Source: Candidatus Helarchaeota ASGARD archaeon Hel_GB_B (GTDB lineage Archaea; Asgardarchaeota; Lokiarchaeia; Helarchaeales; HEL-GB-B). From it: a stretch of 32,000 nucleotides of DNA. This document shows positions 18,466 to 27,613 of the stretch, piece after piece. The stretch is from assembly GCA_005191425.1 (NCBI GenBank), contig SUPR01000022.1:1-32000 (forward strand). Reading direction: 5' to 3'. The position numbers were made by a program, and so were the translations under genes. Below the pieces are notes generated by a model. The model did no database searches, had not been told where the DNA came from, and saw only the letters and a program-made list of their open reading frames with translations. Position 1 is the stretch's first letter, and every line of letters begins with the position of its first letter.

Positions 18466-20307
18466 TTAAGACCAAAATTCTTTTGCTATTTCGTTAAGGC
18501 CCAATGATTGTAATTTTTCTTTAGAAGGTTTTCCTGTATTTAAGTCCCAATCTCGTAATTGATAATATTCTTTGAGCATAAAATCGATGTCAACAGTATT
18601 TCCTTTAGCCCCACCTTCAGAAAGCGGCTCAGAGGTAATTCGTTTAGGTAATATATCATCTTGGGGTGTAGCACCAAATTTAATGTTAAATGCACGCCGT
18701 AAATTAGTGATCCGTTCACCAATTTTCATAAAGTCGTCCATTTTTAATGATTTATTTAAGACTATGTTGTAGAATTCCAATTGATTTTTGATCATTTTTC
18801 CTGTTGATGGAAAACTGCAAGTAATAAGGGAGCCCATTATAGCATTATAATCTTGAATTTTAATTACAGCATCGGCTTGACCCTCAGGTTTTGTTCTATT
18901 TGGAGCTTTTTTTACACCGATTGTAGGTAGTGGTAGGTTTACAAGGCTCATGGAGATTAGCTGATTGGCAGTAGAATGCCGGGCGCCGACTAATTCGGTA
19001 GCATATTGCAGTCCCATTCCATTGATAGCCCGGGGGTCATGCATAGGCATTTCTAAGCCTTTAACATGAATTGCGAAGTCTTCAGAGCCTTTACCAATCT
19101 TTTTAGAAGCTCTCATTACTCCGTCAGCAAGAATGCTCCCAAACCCTTCTTTCTTAGAGATTTGGTCTATTAATTTTAGAACACTCTCCATATTTCCCCA
19201 ACTTAAGTCCATTCCGACCTCTTCTTCTGTAATAAGCCCTTTTTCAAATGCTTCCATTGCCCATGAAATAACGGACCCACAAGATATAGTATCAAGTCCC
19301 AAATCGTTACATTTAACATTAGCATCTAGAATTGGTTGTAATTCTCCGTTTAAAAGCATGGTACCGAATGCAGCAATAGTTTCATATTCAGGTCCTTTAC
19401 CTTCATATTTGTCATATTTGATCCACCTATGACAATGGACATTACACCCAAAGCAAGTAGGAGTTTTAGTAGTAATTTTTGAAAAAGCAGATGCGTCAAT
19501 TTTTTTTACGTCAAATTTACCTTTAGCCCAGTTTTTAATAGGGGTATCACCAATTACTATTCCCATACTCATACCACTAACAGTCCCCATTTGTGAGAAA
19601 GCGCTAACTACCATATCTTTGTTAATATTTTTTAGATATTTAGGTAATAGTTCTTTAAACTTATCTGGATTAGCAATGCTAATGCTATTTTTAACTGAAG
19701 CTTTTACTGCGACACCTTTCAAATTTTTAGAACCCATCACAGCACCCATGCCAGTCCTGCCAGCTGCTCGTTTGTCGTTCATTATACTTGCAAAAAGTAC
19801 TTGGTTCTCACCAGCTGGTCCAATGCAAGATACCCGAATTTTTGGGTCATGATAATAATCTCTAATTACCTTTTCAGTTTTTGTAGTAGTTTTTTTCCAG
19901 ATTTTAAGTTTCTTAGCATCTACTAAGTTTACTTCTTCATTTATAATAGTCAATAATACTGGTTTCTCACTTTTACCCTCAAAAATTATCCCATCAAATC
20001 CGGAGAACTTTAATTCCGGGCCGAAAAAGCCACCAGCATTAGAATCACCAATTCCTATACAAAGTGGACTTTTAGCAGCAATCTCAAATTTACTGGATAT
20101 TAGTCCGGTTAATGGCCCAGTCATATAAATTAATTTATTTTCTGGTTCCAGTCCTTTAACTGATGGGTCTAGTTCATCATATAATATCCGAGTAGCGAGC
20201 CCCAGTCCACCAATATAATCATTTAATAAGTCTTTGTTTAAATTTTCACTTTTAATTGACTGATCGGTCAGATTTACTCTCAATATTTTACCCATATAAC
20301 CATCCAT
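18466..20307 (-). CDS. aor: Aldehyde:ferredoxin oxidoreductase (tungsten) catalytic subunit
   Basis: MDGYMGKILRVNLT, KSPL, SNAGGFFGPELKFSGFDGI, CIGPAGEN, RAAGRTGMGAVMGSKNLK, CFGCNVHC, GPEYET, DLGLDTIS, VKGLEMPMHDPR. Start ATG 20307. Confidence 0.95.
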   Translation of the reverse strand: MDGYMGKILRVNLTDQSIKSENLNKDLLNDYIGGLGLATRILYDELDPSVKGLEPENKLIYMTGPLTGLISSKFEIAAKSPLCIGIGDSNAGGFFGPELKFSGFDGIIFEGKSEKPVLLTIINEEVNLVDAKKLKIWKKTTTKTEKVIRDYYHDPKIRVSCIGPAGENQVLFASIMNDKRAAGRTGMGAVMGSKNLKGVAVKASVKNSISIANPDKFKELLPKYLKNINKDMVVSAFSQMGTVSGMSMGIVIGDTPIKNWAKGKFDVKKIDASAFSKITTKTPTCFGCNVHCHRWIKYDKYEGKGPEYETIAAFGTMLLNGELQPILDANVKCNDLGLDTISCGSVISWAMEAFEKGLITEEEVGMDLSWGNMESVLKLIDQISKKEGFGSILADGVMRASKKIGKGSEDFAIHVKGLEMPMHDPRAINGMGLQYATELVGARHSTANQLISMSLVNLPLPTIGVKKAPNRTKPEGQADAVIKIQDYNAIMGSLITCSFPSTGKMIKNQLEFYNIVLNKSLKMDDFMKIGERITNLRRAFNIKFGATPQDDILPKRITSEPLSEGGAKGNTVDIDFMLKEYYQLRDWDLNTGKPSKEKLQSLGLNEIAKEFWS

Positions 20308-20327
20308 ATAATCACATCCCAATTATT

Positions 20328-20888
20328 TTAATCAATCAAATTGGAAACTTTTGCGAGGATTTCAGCTTGACTCTTCTTATTTTCAAGATTTGTTTTCAAG
20401 ATGTTTACTAATTTAATTGCACCAGTAGGACAGACTTTAGCGCACTGGGGATCTCCGTCACATAGGTCGCATTTTAATGGGACTGTAAACATTGCACCTT
20501 CTGATTTAATGTTGACCAAGAATAATTCGTTAGTAGGACATGCATCTATGCACATTTTTGCACAATCATGACAAATTTTCAGTTTATTAATACCCTTCTC
20601 AGATTTTTCATTAGAATAAATATCTAAATCGATATATACAAGTCCAGTTTCGTCCTTTTTTAAAATATTCTTATCGCAAGCTTTAACACAAGGCGCATCA
20701 GTACAATTAAAACAAATTGAACTTCTATTAATGACACCATTTTCTACTTTAAACCTTGTTTTGTTTAATTTTTTCCCGTATTTAATTAAATCATCTATTC
20801 TATCATTTAAATGACAGACCATTATACAATTTCCGCAACCAATACATTCACCAATGTCAACAACAATCAAATCCTCTCTAGCTTCCAT
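20328..20888 (-). CDS. Four-cluster 4Fe-4S electron-transfer protein
   Basis: Four Cys groups: CIGCGNCIMVC, CFNCTDAPCVKAC, CHDCAKMCIDAC, CDLCDGDPQCAKVC. Confidence 0.9.
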   Translation of the reverse strand: MEAREDLIVVDIGECIGCGNCIMVCHLNDRIDDLIKYGKKLNKTRFKVENGVINRSSICFNCTDAPCVKACDKNILKKDETGLVYIDLDIYSNEKSEKGINKLKICHDCAKMCIDACPTNELFLVNIKSEGAMFTVPLKCDLCDGDPQCAKVCPTGAIKLVNILKTNLENKKSQAEILAKVSNLID

Positions 20889-20909
20889 TTTTTTTCACCA
20901 AGAATTACA

Positions 20910-21359
20910 TTATAACAATAATTTTTCTGCAATTTGCATTTTCTTTTTATAAGTCAATTTATCTGGTTCCTCAAATGATAATGCATGGGTCGGACATATC
21001 TCTACACATTGAGGCTGTAAGGGCTCGCATAAATCACATTTAAAGACCCTACCAGTTGCGTCCAGACCAATAGCACCAAAAGGACATGCAATAGCACATG
21101 CTTTACAATTTATGCATTTATTTTTATCAATTATTACTCGACCAGTTTCATCTCGGCTGATGGCCCCAACGGTACAAACTTGCATACATACTGCATCGTC
21201 ACACTGAAAACAATATATAGGCACATTTACAGCTTCCTTTACTTCAATTACTTCAATCCCCGATTTCATTGGATTCACTTCATCACCATGGTATAAACTG
21301 CAAACTACTTCACATAATTTACACCCTATACACTTTTCAATATCAACGGTTAATATCAT
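20910..21359 (-). CDS. Four-cluster 4Fe-4S electron-transfer protein (DmsB/NrfC/AorA-like)
   Basis: CIGCKLCEVVC, CFQCDDAVCMQVC, CINCKACAIACPFGAI, KCDLCEPLQPQCVEICP. SD AGGAG upstream. Confidence 0.92.
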   Translation of the reverse strand: MILTVDIEKCIGCKLCEVVCSLYHGDEVNPMKSGIEVIEVKEAVNVPIYCFQCDDAVCMQVCTVGAISRDETGRVIIDKNKCINCKACAIACPFGAIGLDATGRVFKCDLCEPLQPQCVEICPTHALSFEEPDKLTYKKKMQIAEKLLL

Positions 21360-21978
21360 CCTAATCTTGTCTCCTTTTTCAACTCACTTTATTAATATTT
21401 GGTTAATTTATTAATTCTATTTTGAAATCTTGTTATAACGAATTAATTTCTTAAATTCAATTCTAATTTAATTTTTTTAATTAACTAATTTCTTACTTTA
21501 TCAGAATATTAAATTTTTTCAATTTTAGAATTTACATGATTGATTTATAAAGAACCCGATCCATTTGATATTTTTCTGAAAATTGAAATAGAACAAATTT
21601 GAGTCAAATTAATTGCATTAATTTAAATATAAATTTAACTTAACATTTTAACATTAGAATAAAGAATTGAAGTAATTGATCATTTTCAAATATAAAATTT
21701 CGGTTTAGAGAATAATAATTTTGTAAAATAAGGTAAAAATCAATTTTGCTAATTGGGATAAAGCAATTTTTTAAATTTCTTCCCTGAAGGTAAACATCAT
21801 ACAAAATATAGACCCGAACAATTTTAGAAAAAACATGAATTTACTTTAGACTTTATTAATTTGGTTTTTTTCCGTTAATTTTTATCAATAATGATTAGAA
21901 AATATCTTAAATTCGTTTAAAAAACGCAATATAAATTAATAATTAAAAAGAGCAAAAAATTTAATTGATTATTAAAAA

Positions 21979-22872
21979 TTAAACTCTTTTTATGTCCATT
22001 CGAATCATTTTGTTTTTTTCCATTTTGTCGATCAATTCGCTAAGTTTATCGCCATCTATTTCTAATTTTTCTTCGATTTCTTCAATAGTCCTTGTACCAT
22101 CGCATAGTTTTGCAATTTGATATTCTAAATTAGACATTAACCTCAATTGAACAGCCATTGGGGGGATTTTTTTCGTTAATATTGGGACAAAATCGGGGTT
22201 ACCAGAATAATTTATCTTAATATATTTTTTCTTTTTATATTCATCTAATATATTCCAAACAGTCAAAACATCCACGTTTGCTTTATCTGCTATTTGTTTT
22301 ACAGTATTTTCACCATCACATAAGTTCAATACTACAATATCTTTAAGAGGGAATTTGTCTTTTTTTCGGATCTTTTTAATTAGTTGAGGTATTACTTTTA
22401 CTTCTTCTTCCTCTTCCGCTTTTTTTATCTCTTCTTTAGGTGGTGGTGCGACTTCTTCAATAACTTCAGCTTCCTCAGGTTGTTCTTGACCTTCAAGTGG
22501 TTCCAAAACAATGAGTGGGTCTATTTCACTGGCATATTTAGCCATACGCTTTTTGAATGCTAATAATTGCCCTACAAGTCCCTGTTTCATAAACATAACT
22601 AAAACTATCTTGGGACTGATCTTAAAAAAAACCATATTTAAGCCGCTAATCGGAATACTGTGATCTCCAACTCTTAGAAAATTGAAATTTTTATTGACAA
22701 AACTTGAAATAAAATCGCTATATTTATCAATTGCCTCATCTTTATATTTAATTTTGCCATATTTATCTATTATTCCAATATATGGGCGACTTGTAAGCAT
22801 AGGTCCAATTTCTGATGCAATACGTTTTGTAATCTGATAAAGTGCTTCTTCTACCATCTCAAACGCGACCAA
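21979..22872 (-). CDS. Hypothetical protein: N-terminal alpha/beta (longin/profilin-like) domain, acidic Pro-rich linker, two wHTH repeats; start may be ATG 22857
   Basis: Internal repeat IPQLIKKI...LCDGENTVKQI (aa 161-220) versus VPILTKKI...LCDGTRTIEEI (aa 229-292). Glu/Pro-rich linker at aa ~124-158. Confidence 0.8.
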   Translation of the reverse strand: MVAFEMVEEALYQITKRIASEIGPMLTSRPYIGIIDKYGKIKYKDEAIDKYSDFISSFVNKNFNFLRVGDHSIPISGLNMVFFKISPKIVLVMFMKQGLVGQLLAFKKRMAKYASEIDPLIVLEPLEGQEQPEEAEVIEEVAPPPKEEIKKAEEEEEVKVIPQLIKKIRKKDKFPLKDIVVLNLCDGENTVKQIADKANVDVLTVWNILDEYKKKKYIKINYSGNPDFVPILTKKIPPMAVQLRLMSNLEYQIAKLCDGTRTIEEIEEKLEIDGDKLSELIDKMEKNKMIRMDIKRV

Positions 22873-23098
22873 ATTTTATCAATTCTATTTTATAATCTGT
22901 TTAAATATCTAATTCCTTTTGTTTATATTTAATTAAAATTACAATTAATACTTTAACTCTTTTTTTAATTTAAAATTATTCAATTTTTTTTACTCCATAT
23001 CCCCATTCTTAATAAGAGGATAAAAAGAAAATCTTTTAAAAAACCTAAACGAATATTCTTTGATACTTAATTATTTTCATTTAAAAATAGTGAATAAA

Positions 23099-23872
23099 AT
23101 GGTAAATACAAATCATCAATTACCAATTCTCCATATTGAAGCCAAAACATTAGGAGAAGCTTGGATAAAAACATTACATGCAGTCTGGAAATATGGGAAA
23201 TTCATGCCAAACCATTATGAGGAAGCGCCAAGTAAAGAAGCAAGTGTTATCGTCAATGTGACAGACCCCTTAAGTGAACCTAAGATACATCAAGCTGATG
23301 CCATTGCTTTGAAATGCTGCAAACTTGATGGTGGGTCATACATTAAGGAAATCATTGAAGGAACTCTTGATTCAAAGGTCGATGAAGGACATCTTTCATA
23401 TACTTATCACCGCAGGTTGCAAAGTTGGGGAAAATCAGTCCCAAAACATAGTGAAATTCTTAAAAAACTTGGTATCCCATTTTGTGAGTTTGAAGATGGA
23501 ATTGATCAAATTCAATTCTTAATTGAAAAAGCTAAAGAGGAATCAATTTCAAGAAAATTACAAATTACTACGTGGATACCCTGGAAGGACTTAAAAATTT
23601 CGGGAGCTCCATGTCTACAACGCTTATGGTTTAGAATTGTAAATGATGAATCTCTTATACTCGAGACTGCTTGGAGATCTCGTGACCTTTTTAAAGCATG
23701 GGGCAGTAACGTTAATGGGATGGTAGCTTTAGGTAAATTAATTGCAGATAAATTGGGACTTGAGCTCATTCAATATGTAGATTTTAGTAATTCATTGCAT
23801 ATTTATGGCTCAGATTTTGAAGAAGTAACTAAAATATTCCAAATTATGGAGAAAAGAGGAATAAAAATTTGA
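23099..23872 (+). CDS. thyA: Thymidylate synthase (archaeal ThyA-type)
   Basis: SYTYHRRL, QI, SRK, catalytic APCLQ, WRSRD...AW..N, SLHIY. Start reassigned to ATG 23099. Confidence 0.82.
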   Translation: MVNTNHQLPILHIEAKTLGEAWIKTLHAVWKYGKFMPNHYEEAPSKEASVIVNVTDPLSEPKIHQADAIALKCCKLDGGSYIKEIIEGTLDSKVDEGHLSYTYHRRLQSWGKSVPKHSEILKKLGIPFCEFEDGIDQIQFLIEKAKEESISRKLQITTWIPWKDLKISGAPCLQRLWFRIVNDESLILETAWRSRDLFKAWGSNVNGMVALGKLIADKLGLELIQYVDFSNSLHIYGSDFEEVTKIFQIMEKRGIKI

Positions 23873-24756
23873 TATAAATCAAAATTAGGTTCAAATACAA
23901 TATTAAAATGAAAAATATTTGAAATAACCATTAAAATACTATAATTTTTATTTAAAATAAAATTTGCATTGAATTTAATAATCCTAAATGCTTGGAAAAT
24001 TAATAATTGATGGTTATAATCTTGTTAAATAATTTAATACTACAAAAACAACTTTTTCTTACCACCTTTTTTATTAAATAACATTATCTTGAAAAACAAT
24101 TTTTTCCACTTTTGTATATTCCTATATGAAAGAAAATATTGATATGAAATAAATAATCAAAAAGTTTTCAACTATTTAGTTAATTATTTAAAATATCTTA
24201 TTTTTTATCACTAAATTTAATAGATACTAAGACCTCAAATCTGTTCAAACGAACTGAATTTCGATAAAAAACAATAAAATTTAAATTAATTTAATTGAAC
24301 ATAAATAAAATATTATGTATACAAACTCCAGATGAGATGTGAGAAAGAATTAAGACATGTATTGAAGTGTAAAATAAAAAAGGTAAAAGATATTTCACTT
24401 ACTCTACATAATTCATTTTAAATGCTATAATTTTTTTTATGAGCTCATTAGAAGAAGAAAATAATTATAAAATTAATTCTTTAAGAGAGATTGCAAAGGT
24501 TTTCATATTAAATTGAAAAATACAAAATCTATGAAACGAAAAAAGTTAAAACAATCAAGAAGTTGTTAAAGGAACAATATAATTATTTTCATAATTATTA
24601 TTAGTTTCAATTTGTTCTATACTTGTAATTGAAGGTTCAATATAATTTGTTTTTACTTGATTTTTTTCGCTTGATGGAAATTTAATGTCTATAAACTGGA
24701 TTCTACCAGAACCAAATGGTAGAAAATTTATTGTAACTTTAATTTTTATTTCTGGT

Positions 24757-25848
24757 TTATCTTTCTTCAATCCATTTACCTCCAAAACTTCTTCCTTCAT
24801 AACCAATAATGGGAGATTGTCTTTGTAATTCTTGTAGAACCAATTGTTGTAATTGTTCCTGAACTTGTTTTATTAGATTTTGCAATATTATTTGGGATTG
24901 TTGAGGAATCTGATCTGGTTTTATTGTTGGTGGAAGGGATAAGTTTAGGTTAATATTTAATTGAATATTTGCGGGTATTTTTCGTTTTAAATTTAGATGA
25001 TAACTAGTCCTAAACACATGAAGCTTCTTAACACTTTCTATTAAAGCTACTGGTTCATTTGTTATCAATTTTTCATCATTGTTTTCTAATTCAATCTCAA
25101 TAAATAATGGATCATTTAACTTTAAATAATTCTCGTATTTTAAATATAAATCCCAAATAAGTGTTTCTATTTCTGGGTCGGGAAACATAATTGGGAGTCC
25201 AATATCAAGTGCTTCTTTTCTCCCAATGGTATGACCATGGGAATATATCTTTTCGGTGAGAATCTCAATGATCGTGTTAATTTTTTCTTCATCCAATCGC
25301 ATGTTGCGGGATGATAAGAGCTTTCTAGCAACAAGTCTTATGTGTGAGTGTTGTCTATTCACCCGCCCCAATGTCAAGGGGCTAATTTGTTTGACCAAGT
25401 TTTCAACAACTTGTGCTAATGGCTCTTGATCATTTATGTTAGCTCGTTCCTTCAGAAATGAAATGAAAGAATTGACATCTTCAACTGAAATTTCTTGTGC
25501 AGGTAAGGAACCTTCACTAACAGTTGCTTTTACTAATGTTGGATCAATCGGACCTAATTCCGCTTTTTTTCCCATAATAATATTATCTGCACCCAAAGAA
25601 AGCAATGTAGCTGCGCTTTGAGCTTTATAGGGAATTAAAACGTTAAATTCATCACAAAACTCCCTAATCATTGTAGTTATTCGCCAAGGAACGCTAATAT
25701 CTCCGCCTCTACTATATATGAATATGTCAATTTTTTTATTCTTTTCTGGTAGTTCTAAATTGATCAAGTGGTCATACAATGATCTTACCACGTCTTCAGC
25801 TATTCTAGAACCAAATGGCTTGCGATCTCTAGTGAAATATACGATCAC
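24757..25848 (-). CDS. SDH-family (DUF114) Clp-fold serine proteinase; probable N-terminus lies upstream of 25848
   Basis: IDIFIYSRGGD, PYKAQSAATLLSLGAD.IIMG..AELGPIDP, YSHGHTI. Gln/Pro-rich C-terminal region. Confidence 0.85.
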   Translation of the reverse strand: MIVYFTRDRKPFGSRIAEDVVRSLYDHLINLELPEKNKKIDIFIYSRGGDISVPWRITTMIREFCDEFNVLIPYKAQSAATLLSLGADNIIMGKKAELGPIDPTLVKATVSEGSLPAQEISVEDVNSFISFLKERANINDQEPLAQVVENLVKQISPLTLGRVNRQHSHIRLVARKLLSSRNMRLDEEKINTIIEILTEKIYSHGHTIGRKEALDIGLPIMFPDPEIETLIWDLYLKYENYLKLNDPLFIEIELENNDEKLITNEPVALIESVKKLHVFRTSYHLNLKRKIPANIQLNINLNLSLPPTIKPDQIPQQSQIILQNLIKQVQEQLQQLVLQELQRQSPIIGYEGRSFGGKWIEER

Positions 25849-26095
25849 TTTACTATTTCTTTTATTTTCTAATTGTTTTATTAATTGAACTCCAATTTTA
25901 TTTTCGCTTATGGATCGTATCCCGTATATATTATTTATTTATTATAATTTTTTGGTATATTAATCAAATAGGAATTAAATATTATATATTCGACAAAATT
26001 ATTTTAAGTTTTTATTATTTAAATAACACCTTCTTTCCTTAAGATTATAAAAAAATACAAGAAGAGAATTTATAGATTTTCTTAATAATTGTCTT

Positions 26096-26503
26096 TTAAG
26101 ATTTGATATAATACGCCATCAATTAACATGCAAACAGACCAATTATTTCGATATATCCGCCGAGATTTTTAATATATAAAAAAGGATTTACACCGATTAA
26201 GACAATAATGATCCCAATTATTCCAATAATTAAGGAAGTAATTTCTCCTTTTTCATTTTCTTTCAGTACTAAGATTCCATCAAGTAATGCAAAAACATTG
26301 AAAATGAAAGAAATAACAGATTCAGATATAAATATTGTCGGAAATACTCTAGATATCCAAGTAACGGGGGGAGTATAGGTTAAATTCAAAGTAAAACTAG
26401 TTATAATTGATTAAATATTACCAATTAATAATAGAATTCTTTTTATTATACTAAAGACGTTTTCGCTCTTTTGCTTTTCTACTAAATCTTTACATCTCTC
26501 ATA
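26096..26503 (-). pseudogene. Degraded small membrane-protein gene
   Basis: One frame reads ...VFSIIKRILLLIGNI*SIITSFTLNLTYTPP...YIEIIGLFAC*LMAYYIKS*. Two in-frame TAA (26411-26413, 26123-26125) interrupt hydrophobic segments, and no intact start is seen. Confidence 0.4.
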
Positions 26504-26878
26504 TTAATTAAACTTTTTCAATTTATTTATATATCCTTGTTCTATCGTTTTCTAACATCATTAATATTCGTTCCTCATTCTGATTAATTGTACCAAGAGA
26601 ATTACAGATATCCAAATATGAATTTTAAATTGTAGTAAAAAAAATTGTTTTAATTATTCTGTAAAAAAAGTTACATATCTTAAAATAAAATACTGCTCCT
26701 TAGATATGGTCTTATATAAGAATATTGACATGGTTTGATAGGATTTTAGAGAAGTTTTAAGTTTATAAAAAAGAGAAATGATGTTTTTTAACTTAAAATC
26801 ACTTTCTTTTTATAAATTTTTGAAAAAAAATTATGAAAGATTTTATATTTGTTAAATTTATAAAAATATTTGATAACG

Positions 26879-27529
26879 ATGAAATTTTCAGAATCGGATA
26901 TACAAAAAATATATGATAATGCTTCAAAATATTTGGCTTTTATGGAATTAGATGCTCTATTTGGGAGGTCTACTGAAAATTCGGTTTATAGGAAGAGAGC
27001 TATTTCGTTATTAAACTTGACATCAAATTCTTCAGTATTAGAAATAGCATGTGGTATTGGATATAATTTTAAAATAGTACAAAGTTATTTAAAAGGAAAA
27101 GGACATTATGTGGCGATTGATATTTCATCAAATTCATTGGCTATAGCTAATGGGAAGGTTAAATACAATAACTGGACAAATATGGAGCTTATTAATACGA
27201 GTATTACGAGATATAATCCCAGAATTAAATTTGATGCCATATTATGTACTTATGCATTAACGATCGTGCCGGACTATAAAAAGACTATTGATAAAATGCA
27301 TGACCTTTTAGCACCAAATGGTAGAATTGCAATTATCGGAATGAAGTTAAGTAAAAGATATCCGTATAAAATATTTAATTTTTTATTGGAAAAAATTAGT
27401 ATATCTGCTCGAATAGACTACAGGCGGGAGGTCATACCATATATTGCTTCTAAATTTAAGATAGACCATTATGAGAGCATTTTTATGGACTTTTACTATA
27501 TATTAAGTGGCACACATAAAAATCAATAA
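26879..27529 (+). CDS. Class I SAM-dependent methyltransferase (UbiE/PmtA-like)
   Basis: VLEIACGIG motif I, AIDIS, FDAILCTYAL, LAPNGRIAII. Start ATG 26879. Confidence 0.85.
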   Translation: MKFSESDIQKIYDNASKYLAFMELDALFGRSTENSVYRKRAISLLNLTSNSSVLEIACGIGYNFKIVQSYLKGKGHYVAIDISSNSLAIANGKVKYNNWTNMELINTSITRYNPRIKFDAILCTYALTIVPDYKKTIDKMHDLLAPNGRIAIIGMKLSKRYPYKIFNFLLEKISISARIDYRREVIPYIASKFKIDHYESIFMDFYYILSGTHKNQ

Positions 27530-27613
27530 TAATTTGGGGTATTTGATTATTTTATGTATGAGGTTTAAGTTTGTATATAATCTTGCTTCTAAATAGATCT
27601 GATTTCGAATAAA

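Noticed and set aside
24555-24806. 83-aa minus-strand ORF overlapping the end of the SDH protease
   Set aside because: TTG start inside the neighbouring CDS, no SD, no recognisable motif. The opposite strand shows only stop-interrupted hydrophobic fragments, so neither strand can be supported.
26710-26721. Perfect palindrome TCTTATATAAGA
   Set aside because: Explained as a TATA-like AT-rich element; nothing indicates a specific operator.
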